A stretch of DNA of 64,000 bases, taken from assembly GCA_963798085.1 (NCBI GenBank), contig CAWCRS010000003.1, positions 96,001 through 160,000 on the forward strand, given 5' to 3'. The notes beneath the pieces were generated by a model that saw only the letters and a program-made list of their open reading frames with translations, searched no databases and was not told the origin of the DNA. The number at the start of each line of letters is the position of its first letter. Position 1 is the stretch's first letter. A program made the translations under genes and the position numbers. Source of the stretch: an uncultured Gemmatimonadales bacterium. Its GTDB lineage: Bacteria; Gemmatimonadota; Gemmatimonadetes; Longimicrobiales; RSA9. Shown in pieces: positions 40,067-51,135 of this stretch.

Positions 40067-40924
40067 TTGAGAAAACGCAGGCTGGCCGCACTGCTGGCGC
40101 TGGCGCTGCCAGTCGCCCTGACCTTCTGGTCGGCATACGTCGAACCGGGTCGGCTGGTGCTCAAGCAGGTCGAGATCGCCGTGCCCAACTGGCCCGCGCA
40201 GCTCGACGGACTGCGCTTCGCGCTCATGTCCGATCTGCACGTCGGCTCGCCTCGCCACGGCCTGGCTAACCTCGAGTCAGTCGTGCGCACGGTGAATGCC
40301 GCACATCCGGACATTGTGCTCATTCCCGGCGACCTCGTCATTCGCCGCGTGCTGGGCGGCAGGTTCGTGGAGCCCGAGCCGATCGCCCGTGAACTCGCGA
40401 AACTGCAGGCGCCGCTCGGCGTCTACGCGGTCCTCGGCAACCATGACTGGTGGTATGACGCGAAGCGCGTGAGCGAAGCACTGCGCGCTGCGGGCATCCC
40501 CGTGCTCGACGACCGCTCGCAGGTGATCGAGGCTCGCGGCACCCGATTCTGGCTCGCCGGCGTCAGCGACTTCTGGGAGGGCGCGCACGACATCCGCGCG
40601 GCGCTCGCCGACGTGCCCGGGACCGCACCCGTCATCCTGTTCACGCACAACCCGGACATCTTCCCCGGTGTGCCCGCCCGGGTGAGCCTGACCGTGGCAG
40701 GCCACACACACGGCGGGCAGGTGCGCTTGCCATGGTACGGGCCGCCCGTCGTGCCTTCGCGCTACGGCCGACGTTACGCCGCCGGCCACGTCGTGGAGCG
40801 CGGCCGCCACCTCTTCGTGACCACGGGTCTGGGAACGAGCATCCTGCCCGTGCGCTTCGGCGTTCCGCCCGAAGTCGCCATCCTGACCTTGCGACCCGCT
40901 GCTGTCTCCGCTGCCGCCCGCTGA
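40067..40924 (+). CDS. Metallophosphoesterase (YkuE-like)
   Basis: SDLH, GD, LGNHD, HNPD, GHTHGGQ; N-terminal TM; TTG start approximate. Confidence 0.9.
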   Translation: MRKRRLAALLALALPVALTFWSAYVEPGRLVLKQVEIAVPNWPAQLDGLRFALMSDLHVGSPRHGLANLESVVRTVNAAHPDIVLIPGDLVIRRVLGGRFVEPEPIARELAKLQAPLGVYAVLGNHDWWYDAKRVSEALRAAGIPVLDDRSQVIEARGTRFWLAGVSDFWEGAHDIRAALADVPGTAPVILFTHNPDIFPGVPARVSLTVAGHTHGGQVRLPWYGPPVVPSRYGRRYAAGHVVERGRHLFVTTGLGTSILPVRFGVPPEVAILTLRPAAVSAAAR

Positions 40925-40970
40925 GTGCGTCAGTCTTGCGATAACACATGCAGTGTAGTACTAATAGGCC

Positions 40971-41339
40971 ATGCCGCCCGCACTCGGTCAGTTCGAACAC
41001 CTCATCCTGCTGGCACTGCTCGACCTGCCCGCCGGGCAGGCCTACGGCGTGCCCATCCGTGAACTCATCGAAGAGCGGACGGGCAGGCGAGTGTCGGCAG
41101 GCGCGGTCTACACAGCGCTCAGTCGACTGCAGGCGAAGGGCTTCGTGTCCAGCCGGCTGGGTGACCCGACGCCCGAGCGCGGCGGCCGCAGCAAACGGCT
41201 CTACCACCTGGAAACGGACGGCGCGCGCGTGCTGGCGGAGTCCGTGCAGGCGCTCTCCGACATGTCGCTCGGTGTGGTGCACCGCCTCAGCCCGCAGTTC
41301 GCCGCCGGCAGCACACGACGCAGGGGAAAGCACTCGTGA
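40971..41339 (+). CDS. PadR family transcriptional regulator
   Basis: LGQFEHLILLAL, AYGV.I, GAVYTAL.RL..KG, PTPERGGRSKR. Confidence 0.92.
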   Translation: MPPALGQFEHLILLALLDLPAGQAYGVPIRELIEERTGRRVSAGAVYTALSRLQAKGFVSSRLGDPTPERGGRSKRLYHLETDGARVLAESVQALSDMSLGVVHRLSPQFAAGSTRRRGKHS

Positions 41340-44051
41340 GTGCGCACACGACGCCCCGCCCGCCGTGGCTTGGCAGACTGCTCGCGCGCGCCATCGCCGG
41401 TCCGGATGCGGATACGCTCCGCGGCGACATCGAGGAATCGTGGCGCCATCGAGCGCAGCGCGAGGGGAACACGCTGCGCGTCCGCGCGAGCTTCGTGCTC
41501 GACGTGCTGCGCTCGCTCGCGCACTGGTGGCTGCCACGCCGGCCGCGCCACCCGGCTCCAGGTTCCGGACAGAAGCGGATGATGACGGGCCTCACATGGG
41601 CCGAGCTGCGTCATGTCGCACGTGGCGTGGCCAGACGCCCGGGCTACACCGCGACCGTCGTCCTCACCCTCGGCATCGGCATCGGTGCGACGACCACGCT
41701 CTACAGTGTCGTTGACGCGATGCTCGTGCGCGCGCTGCCGTACCCGCACGCGGACCGTCTCATCGTGGTGGGCAACACGCTGCCGGACAATGGCGCAACC
41801 GGCGCCCGCGGGGGCCTGCTCCAGCTCCAGAACATGTCGCTGCCCAACATGCGCGACATACAGGCGAAGGTGCCCGACCTGGCATCGGTCGCGCTGCTGG
41901 AGCGCCGCGTCTGGCTGCCCAATGAGAGCCAGGGCCCTGCCCTGATCCAGGTGGCGAACGTCACACCGGAATTCTTCGAGATCCTCGGTGTGAAGCCGCG
42001 CCTCGGCAGGCTGCTGCGCGCGGGCGATGACCTCGATCGCGCGCACATCGAGCGCGGCTTTGCTGTGGTCATCAGCTATGATGGCTGGCAGCGTCGCTTC
42101 GGCGGCGATCCCGGCGTCATCGGCCGCACCGTCCCGGGCGGCAGCGCTTTCGCCGGTTCCACGATCGTCGGCGTGCTGCCCCGCGGGTTTCGCCAGCCAC
42201 AGGCCATCGTGCATGGCGACGTCGAATTCTTCCTTTACCTCGATCCCGGCAGTACGCGATACAGTGACCGGCAGCGTCGCGGCCTGCGCGTGCTGGCCAG
42301 TCTCAGGCCGGGCGCGAACATGACCCGGGTGCGCGCCGAGATTACCGCGGCGCAGGCGCAGCTCGTGCGCGATGTGCCTGCGGCCAACACGCTGCGTGAT
42401 GGCACGCCGGTGGGTGCAGGCTTCAACACACTTCGTGATGAGACGATCGGCAGCGCCGCCCGTCCCACCCTGGTGCTGCTGGGTGCCTCGCTGCTGCTCC
42501 TTCTGCTGGCCGGCGTGAACGCGTCCAACCTGCTGCTGGTGCGCGGCCTCGAGCGCTCCGGCAATGTCGCCATCCGCCGCGCGCTCGGTGCCGGCCGCAC
42601 ACGCATCATGGTGAGTCAGGTGCTGGAAAGCGTTGCCCTCGCGCTGCTCGGCGGACTGCTCGGTCTGTTGTTCGCGCGGCTGGGCGTCCTCGCCTTCCGG
42701 CGCTGGGGCCCGCAGGACCTGCCGCGCATCCACGAGGTCGCCGTCAACCTGCGCATCGCGCTGGCCGGCGGGCTGCTCTCGATCGCGGTCGGCGGCGGCA
42801 TCGGTCTCGTGCCCGCGCTGCGCTCCGGTCGCACCAGCGGCCTCGCCGGCATGCGCGTGCATGCGGGCGTGCAGACCCGCGAAGGCGCTCGCCTGCGCAC
42901 CGTCCTCGCCGCAACACAGCTCGCCCTTGCGCTCGTGCTCGGCGTCGGCGCCAGCCTGCTGTTCCGTTCCTTCGCGGAGTTGCGGGCTCAGCCGCTCGGC
43001 TTTCAGCCACGCCGGCTGCAGACCTTCGTCGTCCCGTACAAGTCCGAACAAATGTGGCTGGGATGGGATCAGATCCTGGGCGTCGTGCGGTCTACGCCCG
43101 GCGTCGGCAGCGCAGCCATCACATCGAATCTCCCGCTGCAGCCCGCATCCTGGCAGCCGCACGTGGAGCGGCCCGACCAGCCCGGTTCGGCCGAAGGCGT
43201 CGGCACTCAGGGCATCGTTATAACACCGGGTTATCTCGCGCTCGCCGGCATTCCGCTGCTGCGCGGACGCGACTTCAATGGCGGCGACCGGCCCGGGACA
43301 CGGCCCGTGTGTATCATCAGCCAGTCGCTGGCGCGCGCCCGCTTCGGTGACAGCGATCCCATCGGCCAGCTCCTGCATGTGGCCGGCGAATTCGGACCCG
43401 CGCTCGAATGTCGAAGTCGTGGGCCTGAGCGGCGATGCCGTGCAGGAAAGGGTCGAGGACGGCCTGCAGCCCGCCATCTACCTGCCCTACACCCAGGCCA
43501 TGCCGTTCGGACTGAACGTACTGTTATCGAGCACGCGTGATCCCGGCAGCCTTGCCGCGGAAATCCGGCAGGCGCTGGGAGCGTCCGGCTTCGCACGGTT
43601 TCCGGTCACCGATTACACCAGCCTGAGCGCGCGCGTTGAGAGCAGCCGCTCCGTGCCGCGGTTTCAGACCGCGCTGATCGGCGTGTTCGCGATCTCCGCA
43701 CTGCTGCTCGCGGCCATCGGCATCTACGGCACGCTGGCCTTCAACGTCCGTTCCCGCTCGCGCGAGCTGGGCATCCGTATGGCCATCGGCGCGCAGGCGA
43801 AGACGATTCACGCTCTCGTGATGCGCCAGGGCTTCACCGTGCTCGCCGCGGGCGTCATTGCCGGCCTCGCCGGCGCGCTGGCGCTGACCCGCCTGCTGCA
43901 GGGCTTCCTCTTCCGCGTGCAGCCGCTCGATCCGCTCGCGTTCCTCGCGGCCGTGCTCGTCGTCATCCTCGCCGTGCTGCTGGCATCGCTGCCGCCTGCA
44001 CGGCGGGCCGCGCGCATCGATCCCACCCGCAGCATCCGGGAAGTCAACTGA
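41336..44051 (+). CDS. ADOP-type duplicated ABC permease, frameshift near 43405
   Basis: GD.EE prefix, LGIGIGATT.LYSVV, IRRALGAGR; C-part RELGIRMAIGA, PARRAARIDP in another frame. Confidence 0.88.
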
Positions 44052-44118
44052 TTTCAGGCGACGACGCAGCGCCGCGTTCGTCGCCCGATACTTCACCCGC
44101 CCTGCACCCGCCAGCCTC

Positions 44119-45120
44119 TCACCCGCCGTTGCGGCGCAGGAAGTCGCCCAGCACGCGGTCCAGCGCGTCCGGCTGGTCGAACATGATGAACAGCCGCGAG
44201 CCCGGTATCGTCGCGAACTCCAGCTTCGGGCTGGCCTGCCGCGCGCCCTGCCAGCTGTCAACACACAGGTTGTGCATGTAGTTGAGTCCGGGTTCGACGT
44301 ACCAGGCCGGATCGTCGAAGCCGGGCTGCACCACGAGCACGGGAACGCGCAACTCCTGCAAACGCGGTGTCAGGTCCACGGCATAGAACTCGAGCAGATA
44401 ACGGATCCACACGGGCAGCGCCGGCGCCTGCGCCTCCCGCCAGAGAAACAGACCGCGGCGGGGATTGATCGCGTAATCGTACGCCATGAAGTTGTTGTCG
44501 TCCCAGGTGCGGCGCGTCACGGTCCGGAACCAGCGCGCGCCCATGCCGTCCGCGTATGCAGCGCGCTGTGCCGCGCTCCACGCCAGCATGGCCGGCGTCG
44601 ACTCGTAGTAGCTCTTCAGCACACCGCTCACGAGCACCACACCATCCACGCGTTCCGGATGCTCGAGCGCGAGGCGCAGCGCGAGCTGCGACGCCAGCGC
44701 CCAGTGCGCCACCACCGTGACGTGCTCAATGTGCTCGCGTTCCAGCAGCGAAACGATTGCCTGCATCGAGGAATTCAACCACGGCGTCTCGGCGTAATGC
44801 GATCCCTCCGGCGGCATGGGCAGCGGCGGCGTATCCCCGAAGCCGGGCAGCGTGATCGCGTACATCGTGTACTCGCTGCGGTGTCGCTCCATGAACTCGG
44901 ACCACACATCATCGCCGAAACCGATGCCCGGAATCAGCAGCATCGTGCGCGGCCCCTCGCCGGTCTTGCGCACCCGGCCCAGTGTGCCCGCAGCGGCGGT
45001 CGTTGTGCCCGCGGCATGCCGCAGGTTGTCGAGTGTCGAGTCCTGCGCCATCGACCGCGTCTGGCCGACCGCGGTGGCAGGCAGCATCAGCAGTGCGGGA
45101 ATCGCCGAACGAAACCGCAT
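44119..45120 (-). CDS. Secreted alpha/beta-hydrolase-fold protein lacking catalytic Ser and His
   Basis: LIPGIG, TLPGFG, A..HPERV; nucleophile elbow reads AHWALA and the His loop reads SRLFIMFDQP. Confidence 0.75.
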   Translation of the reverse strand: MRFRSAIPALLMLPATAVGQTRSMAQDSTLDNLRHAAGTTTAAAGTLGRVRKTGEGPRTMLLIPGIGFGDDVWSEFMERHRSEYTMYAITLPGFGDTPPLPMPPEGSHYAETPWLNSSMQAIVSLLEREHIEHVTVVAHWALASQLALRLALEHPERVDGVVLVSGVLKSYYESTPAMLAWSAAQRAAYADGMGARWFRTVTRRTWDDNNFMAYDYAINPRRGLFLWREAQAPALPVWIRYLLEFYAVDLTPRLQELRVPVLVVQPGFDDPAWYVEPGLNYMHNLCVDSWQGARQASPKLEFATIPGSRLFIMFDQPDALDRVLGDFLRRNGG

Positions 45121-45452
45121 GGACGCTCCTTCGCTCCTGAACGGGTTGCGGGTGCCCGCCGTGGCGCATGCACCCGCGATCGCTGCACCGGCCCACGAGT
45201 GCACGAGCCCATCGTGCGCGAGCCAATACTGCACCGCGCGCGTGTGCTGCACTACGGCGAAGTGAGCCCCACCGTTCGTAGCCGGCGATTGGCCGCCGTT
45301 GCCGGGTGGTGAATGGCATTCCCTGCAGCGCGCAGACAGGCCGCCCCGCTTGCAACAAGGGTGTTGGCGGTCGGCTCGCCGCGATTGCAACGCAGGCTGT
45401 CCGCGGCGGGTCGAAGAAGCGTTCATCCCGTTCACCTCTCCGGTGAGGACTC

Positions 45453-46643
45453 GTGCCAACGTATGGCAAGGCCGGGTGGCTGTTGCTCGCGCTCGCGTGC
45501 GCGCAGTCGCTGCGCGCGCAGCAGACGGTCGTGCTGCCGGCGAAGGACCAGAAGCTCGAGCTCCGCCTGGAGCCGCTGTACGCGGTGGGTCGCGCCGAAG
45601 GCGAAGCGTGGCAGGAATTCCAGCAGCTGAGCGGCGCCGCCTTCGGACCCGACGGCCGGCTGTATCTGCTCGACGCGCCGGCGAGCGTGGTGATCGTGGT
45701 GAACGATCACGGTCAGCTGATCCGCCGCCTCGGTTCGCGCGGCGCCGGGCCCGGCGAGTTCCGCAGCCCGAACGGCCTGGCCGCGTTTCCCGACGGACGC
45801 ATCGCGGTGTGGGCGGAGGACAAGCGCGCGTTTGTCATGTTCGATTCCGCGGGCGCCACGCTCGATGAGATCCGGCCCGGCTACGATGCGGGCCTGCCGC
45901 AGGGTCCGCTAATGCTTTGTCAGGACGGGACGCTGCTGGCCTTCGCCGCGCAGCTGGTCACGGGCAGCCTCGGGCATGCCTACCTCACCGGCTCCGGCAT
46001 CACCCGCGCCATGGGCGAGCTGCCACTCTTGCGCATCCAACTGGCGACCGGCGCGCAGGTTCAGGTCCTGGCGCGCGCGCATCTGCCGGCGCCCGAGAAG
46101 AACGCGCCGGTCTCCGCCCTGCGCGCCTTCGAACCCGAGCCCTCGGCCGGACTGCTCGCGGACGGCCGCGTCGCGCTCTTCCATGACAATGGGTATCGCG
46201 TTGACGTGCTGCGGCCGGACGGTTCGCTGGAGCGCGTGCTGACACGCCCGTTCCGCACGCGACCCACGACCGACGCGGACCGCAGCGCATTCATGAAATC
46301 GATGGCAGGCGAGCGCGTGCATTCCATGGGCTCGGCGGCGGCGGCGGCCACGCCGCCGAAGTTGCCGCAGCCGTGGTTTCATCCCGTGATCCCGCCCATC
46401 CTGCGCATTGCCGCGGACGGGCGCAGCCACATCTGGGTGCAGCGCCGCGATCCCGCGAATCCGACCCGCCCGGGCCCCGTCGATGTGCTGACCGCGGACG
46501 GGCACTACCTCGGCACGCTCGCGGGCGTGCCCCCCGGCCTGCCCGCCGCGTGGGGTCCGGACGGTCGCTTCGTTTTCCTCGAGAACACAGACATGGATGT
46601 CCCGGTGGCGCGCGTCTACCGGCTGCCCCCAACCTTGCGTTAG
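45453..46643 (+). CDS. Secreted 6-bladed beta-propeller/NHL-like protein
   Basis: Signal peptide, DGRLYLLD, G.RGAGPGEF..P, DVL..DG.YLG. Confidence 0.7.
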   Translation: MPTYGKAGWLLLALACAQSLRAQQTVVLPAKDQKLELRLEPLYAVGRAEGEAWQEFQQLSGAAFGPDGRLYLLDAPASVVIVVNDHGQLIRRLGSRGAGPGEFRSPNGLAAFPDGRIAVWAEDKRAFVMFDSAGATLDEIRPGYDAGLPQGPLMLCQDGTLLAFAAQLVTGSLGHAYLTGSGITRAMGELPLLRIQLATGAQVQVLARAHLPAPEKNAPVSALRAFEPEPSAGLLADGRVALFHDNGYRVDVLRPDGSLERVLTRPFRTRPTTDADRSAFMKSMAGERVHSMGSAAAAATPPKLPQPWFHPVIPPILRIAADGRSHIWVQRRDPANPTRPGPVDVLTADGHYLGTLAGVPPGLPAAWGPDGRFVFLENTDMDVPVARVYRLPPTLR

Positions 46644-46774
46644 GGACGGGCCTTCACGGCTGGGGATCAGGCGACGACGCCGCTTCGAGCCGCCCTCGCG
46701 ACCGCACTGCAACGCCGGGGCCGGCTCGACCGCGGCGGGCGTTGCATCCCCTGCGGCTCGACCCATGCGGCGCC

Positions 46775-47227
46775 TCAGCGCAGCTCGCCGACCTTCAGCG
46801 CGCGCACCGCTTCCGCAATGCGCCTGGCCCGCGTCTCGGCGCGGCGCGCACTCTCGATCCAGCGCACGTAGTTCTTGCGGTAGAACGGCGCGACGGACTC
46901 GAAGAAGTTGCGCGCTTCCGGCTCTGCTTCAAGTGCACCCGCAAGGTCGGGCGCGAGTTCCGCGAGCAGCGGGCTTTCCGGCTCCAGCGCGACTTCCACT
47001 TCAGCACCCGCCTCCAGCCCCGCTCGCTTGCGCCACTGCGGCCCCAGCGACATGAACCAGCGATCGCCACTCGGCTCGATCACGCCGCGCACCCGGCTCC
47101 CACCCACCGACCCGTGCACGTAATAGCGGTCGCGACTGCCCCAGACTCCCGTCGGCTCGAATGGGATCTCGATCAGCGTCCGACCACCCGAAGCCGCCAG
47201 CCGGACGGCGAAGCGCTGAAAACTCAT
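46775..47227 (-). CDS. DUF1905 + YdeI/OmpD-associated family protein
   Basis: V.GSVGG, PDLAGAL, F......RK.YV.WIESA.R.ETRARR. Confidence 0.8.
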   Translation of the reverse strand: MSFQRFAVRLAASGGRTLIEIPFEPTGVWGSRDRYYVHGSVGGSRVRGVIEPSGDRWFMSLGPQWRKRAGLEAGAEVEVALEPESPLLAELAPDLAGALEAEPEARNFFESVAPFYRKNYVRWIESARRAETRARRIAEAVRALKVGELR

Positions 47228-47350
47228 CGGTCGTGAACTAACACGTGATTGCCATGCGGCAAAGATTGGAAATACGGCCCCCGCCGCCTGCTGCTCTGCT
47301 GGGCGCTGACGCCGGAAGCCCCATCGGACGGGGCGATACCATCATCACCG

Positions 47351-47390
47351 CCGTTCCCAGTCCCAGGCCCGAGCCCCAGCCCCAGAAACG
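47351..47390 (-). repeat. (GGGGCT)n-type repeat, C-rich orientation
   Basis: ccgttcccagtcccaggcccgagccccagccccagaaacg. Confidence 0.85.
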
Positions 47391-47402
47391 AGCCTGGGGT
47401 GT

Positions 47403-48388
47403 TCAGCCCGTTCCCGTCAGCTCGTTGTCCGCAATGTCGGCGATCTCGTCCTCGTTGCGCCAGACGCGCTCGAGGTAGCGCAGTTCGCCTTGAATGGTGC
47501 GGCGTTCGGCGGAATCGTTGACGGCGATCTCCAGCGCCAGGCGGCGCATGGGACCGAGGCGCCAGAGCGAGCCGCGCTGCGACGCCATGCCGCGCACCAG
47601 CTCGGTGGCGGAGCCGGCCTCGCGGATCGCATCGCCGGCATCGCGCAGCATGCGGTCCGAATGCACCATCGATCTGCTGGTAAGCCAGTACGCGACGCAG
47701 GAGATCGGTGGCGTCGTCGCCCTTGATGCGGTAGACCTTGTCCGGCGTCCAGGGATCGCAGCGGTCGCAGGGCACACCCACCGCCACGTGCCCCAGCTCG
47801 TCGACCAGCGGCTGCAGCCACCAGGACAGGTCGAAGCGGACCGCCAGTAACACGCTGTTACAGTGATCGCAGCGTACCCGCCCGCCCCATGCCGCCCACG
47901 GGAAGCGGCGCCAGCGCAGCACATCGACCATGCGGATTGCTGTCCCAGGCGATCTTGATGCCGCTGTCGGTGAGGCCGATGGCTTCACTGAGGGAGGCCA
48001 GCGCGGCGAAGCTGTAGGCGCCGATGCGGGATTCGCGGCGCTCGAACTGGCGGCGCCGCTTGCGCAGCTCGCGGCCGTAGCGCCACCAGGCTTCCTCCGA
48101 GAGGTCGACCCGGCCCACGCGCACGAGCGCGTGCGTGGCCGTGTTGAGCAGCGCGACGTTGGCCGTCCTCGCCATCAGGCGGCCTTCGTCCCGCGACTTC
48201 CGCTCCAGCGCCTCGATGATCTCGAGCCGCTCGTCCAGTGGCGTCAGCGTCCAGCGATGGCAGCGGTCGCAGATGGCCCAAAGGCGGGAGCGCAGCGGGT
48301 CGAACGCCACGCGCCGCCCGCACGCGAAGGACTCGAACGATTGCGTGTCAGGAAACGGTGTGTCGCAGAAGATGCACCGTCGGATCAT
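47403..48388 (-). CDS. Hypothetical multi-CxxC (zinc ribbon) protein, frameshifts near 47940 and 47670
   Basis: CIFC, GRRVAFD...RLW..CDRC.RW.L.PL.ER; CDHC and CDRC in a second frame; LALEIA.N...ERR...GEL..LE..W...DEIADIAD in a third. Confidence 0.65.
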
Positions 48389-48543
48389 GGACCGCCCGGC
48401 TGCTCCGCGTCTGTCCCGGTATCACCCCTCCGGATCCATCAACCCGGCGGCCAACACCCCATGAATACTAAACCTCGGCCGATGCCCGCGGAACACGCGT
48501 GGACCCGCGCGCCTGGCTACTGGCCCCCTCAAGCTTCCGTAAG

Positions 48544-48874
48544 CGTTGCTCGGGCTGGTTGCTGGGGCTGGCTGCCGGGGAACGGCTTGCTACTCCGCGC
48601 ATCGGCCGGGCTCGCGGGCTGAAGAGACACGGCATAGCACAGATTCGGAGCCTTGTCGCTGCCGAACCGAACCAACTCGATCGGACCGGGTTGCCCGGCA
48701 GGCAGGACCGTTCCCGGCATTCACACCTGGTCCCCGGCCAGACCCTGACGACGACATCCGTGTCCCAGCCCTCGCCCACAGCCCCGCCCGCTGTTGAAAT
48801 CCGTTCCCCAGCCCGAGCCCGAGCCCCAGCAGCGCCCGTCCCCGACAGCCACCCCCAGGCCCCGGCAACAACCG
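48544..48874. repeat. Inverted pair of (GGGGCT)n-type repeats (48544-48585 / 48801-48834) plus degenerate copies
   Basis: cgttgctcgggctggttgctggggctggctgccggggaacgg and ccgttccccagcccgagcccgagccccagcagcg. Confidence 0.85.
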
Positions 48875-49018
48875 ACTCTCGTAGCTCCAGATAGGGGGAA
48901 CTCGCCGCCGCCGTGTCGTGTTAGAAGAGCGTTGGTTCTCGCCCGGCGCCCTTTCGTTCCGCTGGACGGTTCCGCACTTTAAATGGCGGAACGACTGCAG
49001 GATGCAAGGAGGTCCAGT

Positions 49019-49585
49019 ATGACCCGGTCCCGTGCGCTGCTGTTTTCTGGTCTGGGCGTCACTCTCGTAATTCCCGCTGTTCTGCTCTGGCCGCGAAGCC
49101 ATGCCGCGCCTCGCCAGGACGATCCTCGCGTCATCGCGTTGCTGCCTCGGGAAGAACAGCCCGTGATCCCGCGGGATGAAGCCGCGCCGGTTCCGAAACA
49201 CGAAGCCGCTCCGGCGCCCGCTGCGAAGGCAGACAAACCCTCGCCTGTGGCCGTGGCGCCGTCACCGGTGACCGTGCCCGCGGTGGTCGTGCCTGCGCCC
49301 ACATTCGAGCCCATGCGCGTGGTCGAGCCGGTGACCAGCACGGAGATTGCGCCGGTCGCCTTCGAGAGCCTGCCCGAGGCCTCGCCCGCACCCAGTGAAG
49401 CCGACGACGTGCCGCTCTACGTACCCGGCTCCATCGGCAAGGCGAAGCGGCAGTGGGCCGGTGGCGATGGCGCACTGGCGCAGCCCGGCAATCACACCGG
49501 AACGATCATGGTGGGTCGCGGGGGCGGCCACTGCCCCATGCCCGGGCGCGGCGGACCCATCTGGAAGATGTGTCGCACGCAGTGA
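49019..49585 (+). CDS. Pro/Ala-rich membrane-anchored hypothetical protein
   Basis: AGGAGG before the ATG at 49019, one TM helix, Pro-rich stalk, C-terminal GRGGGHC...C. Confidence 0.6.
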   Translation: MTRSRALLFSGLGVTLVIPAVLLWPRSHAAPRQDDPRVIALLPREEQPVIPRDEAAPVPKHEAAPAPAAKADKPSPVAVAPSPVTVPAVVVPAPTFEPMRVVEPVTSTEIAPVAFESLPEASPAPSEADDVPLYVPGSIGKAKRQWAGGDGALAQPGNHTGTIMVGRGGGHCPMPGRGGPIWKMCRTQ

Positions 49586-49637
49586 TGCTTTCTCGGAGAT
49601 GCTGTAGGCCCTGAAATCCAGCGAATCCGGGAATCGG

Positions 49638-49670
49638 AACGGCACGCCGAAAGGCGTGCCGTTTTCGTTT
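49638..49670 (+). terminator. Intrinsic terminator
   Basis: AACGGCACGCC-GAAA-GGCGTGCCGTT followed by TTCGTTT. Confidence 0.8.
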
Positions 49671-49713
49671 CCTGTCTGCGTTGTTGCAATGTGCTGTTAA
49701 CTTCGGCGTTCGC

Positions 49714-51135
49714 ATGATCACACGCATCTCCTCGCCCAACCTGGCCGCCCTTCCGCGGCGAACCCCGCATGGGCCCCGCTCGCGACCGCGGGCCGCCACG
49801 CTGTTCGCAGGCGAGGTGCGGCGCCTGCTGCGCCTGGCCGGCCCGATCATCGTGAGTCAGCTCGGTCAGGTGGGCATGAACACGGCGGACACGGTGATGG
49901 TGGCGCCGCTGGGCGCCACGTCGCTCGCGGCCGCCGGGCTGGGCACTGCCCTGCACTGGCTGGGCGTGATCGTGTGCATGGGCGTCCTGATCGGTGTCTC
50001 GCCGCTGGTGAGTCAGGCGTTCGGCGCCCGCGACATGGCGAGGTGCCACCGCGTTCTGGTGCAGGGCCTGTGGCTGGCGCTGCTGCTGTCGCTGCCGCTG
50101 ACGCTGCTGTCACTGGCCGGTGGCGCGGTGGCGCTCGCCATGGGTCAGGACCCGGTCGTCGCCCGCCTGACAGGGAGTTATCTCACGGCGCTCGCACCCG
50201 GCATCCTGCCCCTGCTCCTGTTCCTTGCCGTGCGCGAATACCTCGAAGGCATGGGCTACGTGCGCGCGCCCATGCTGATCACCTTCCTGGGACTGGCCGT
50301 GAACATCGTGGCTAACCGCGTGTTGATCTACGGCCTGCCCGGTCTGGTACCGGCCCTCGGTGTGGCTGGCGCCGGCTGGGCCACCACGCTGGTCCGCTGG
50401 GTCATGCTGAGCGCCGTGCTGCTCTGGCTGCGGTCCCATCCGCGATTGCGCGTGCACCGCGGCGAGGGCATTGCGCCGGAGCGGCGGCTGCTGGGTGCCA
50501 TCGTGCGCGTGGGTCTTCCCATTGGCGGGCAGCTGGGCCTCGAGACGGGTCTCTTTTCACTGGCAGCCGTGATGATGGGCTGGCTGGGCCAGGTCGAGCT
50601 CGCCGCGCACCAGGTCACCATCAACATCGCCTCCACCACCTTCATGGTGGCGCTGGGCGTGAGCATGGCGGGCTCCATCCGGGTGGGGCAGTACGTAGGT
50701 GCTCGCCGACCCAGGCGCATGCGCCGCGCCGCTCTGGCCACGTACCTGCTGGCGGTGAGCTTCATGGGGTTGTGCGCGCTCGTTTTCGTAAGCGCGCCGC
50801 GCACACTCATCGGTTTCTACACACGCGACCCGGCGATCCTCGCGCTGGGTGCGCGTCTGCTGCTGCTGGCCGCGGCGTTCCAGGTGTTCGATGGCGCGCA
50901 GGTCGCGGGCGCTGCCGTGCTGCGCGGTGCCGCGGACACGCGCGCCGCAGCCGTGATCGCGGGCGTCGGCTACTGGTTGGTGGGCGTGCCGCTCACCTGG
51001 CTCCTCGCCTTCCCGCTTCACATGGGCCCCGTCGGCGTCTGGAGTGGCCTGACGGCAGGCCTGATGGTGACTGCACTGCTGCTCGCCTGGCGCGTGCAGT
51101 TCCGCCTGTGGAGACTGGCGGTCGAGCCGCAATAG
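49714..51135 (+). CDS. MATE family efflux transporter (NorM-like)
   Basis: LAGPII.SQL, DTVMV..LG, VGLPIG, AAHQV, FQVFDG.Q....LRG..DT; start uncertain. Confidence 0.9.
   Translation: MITRISSPNLAALPRRTPHGPRSRPRAATLFAGEVRRLLRLAGPIIVSQLGQVGMNTADTVMVAPLGATSLAAAGLGTALHWLGVIVCMGVLIGVSPLVSQAFGARDMARCHRVLVQGLWLALLLSLPLTLLSLAGGAVALAMGQDPVVARLTGSYLTALAPGILPLLLFLAVREYLEGMGYVRAPMLITFLGLAVNIVANRVLIYGLPGLVPALGVAGAGWATTLVRWVMLSAVLLWLRSHPRLRVHRGEGIAPERRLLGAIVRVGLPIGGQLGLETGLFSLAAVMMGWLGQVELAAHQVTINIASTTFMVALGVSMAGSIRVGQYVGARRPRRMRRAALATYLLAVSFMGLCALVFVSAPRTLIGFYTRDPAILALGARLLLLAAAFQVFDGAQVAGAAVLRGAADTRAAAVIAGVGYWLVGVPLTWLLAFPLHMGPVGVWSGLTAGLMVTALLLAWRVQFRLWRLAVEPQ

Noticed and set aside
41201..43477. Long antisense ORFs (also 5908-7572, 54047-55582, 60094-61929)
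   Set aside because: Shadow frames opposite well-supported genes, expected in high-GC DNA
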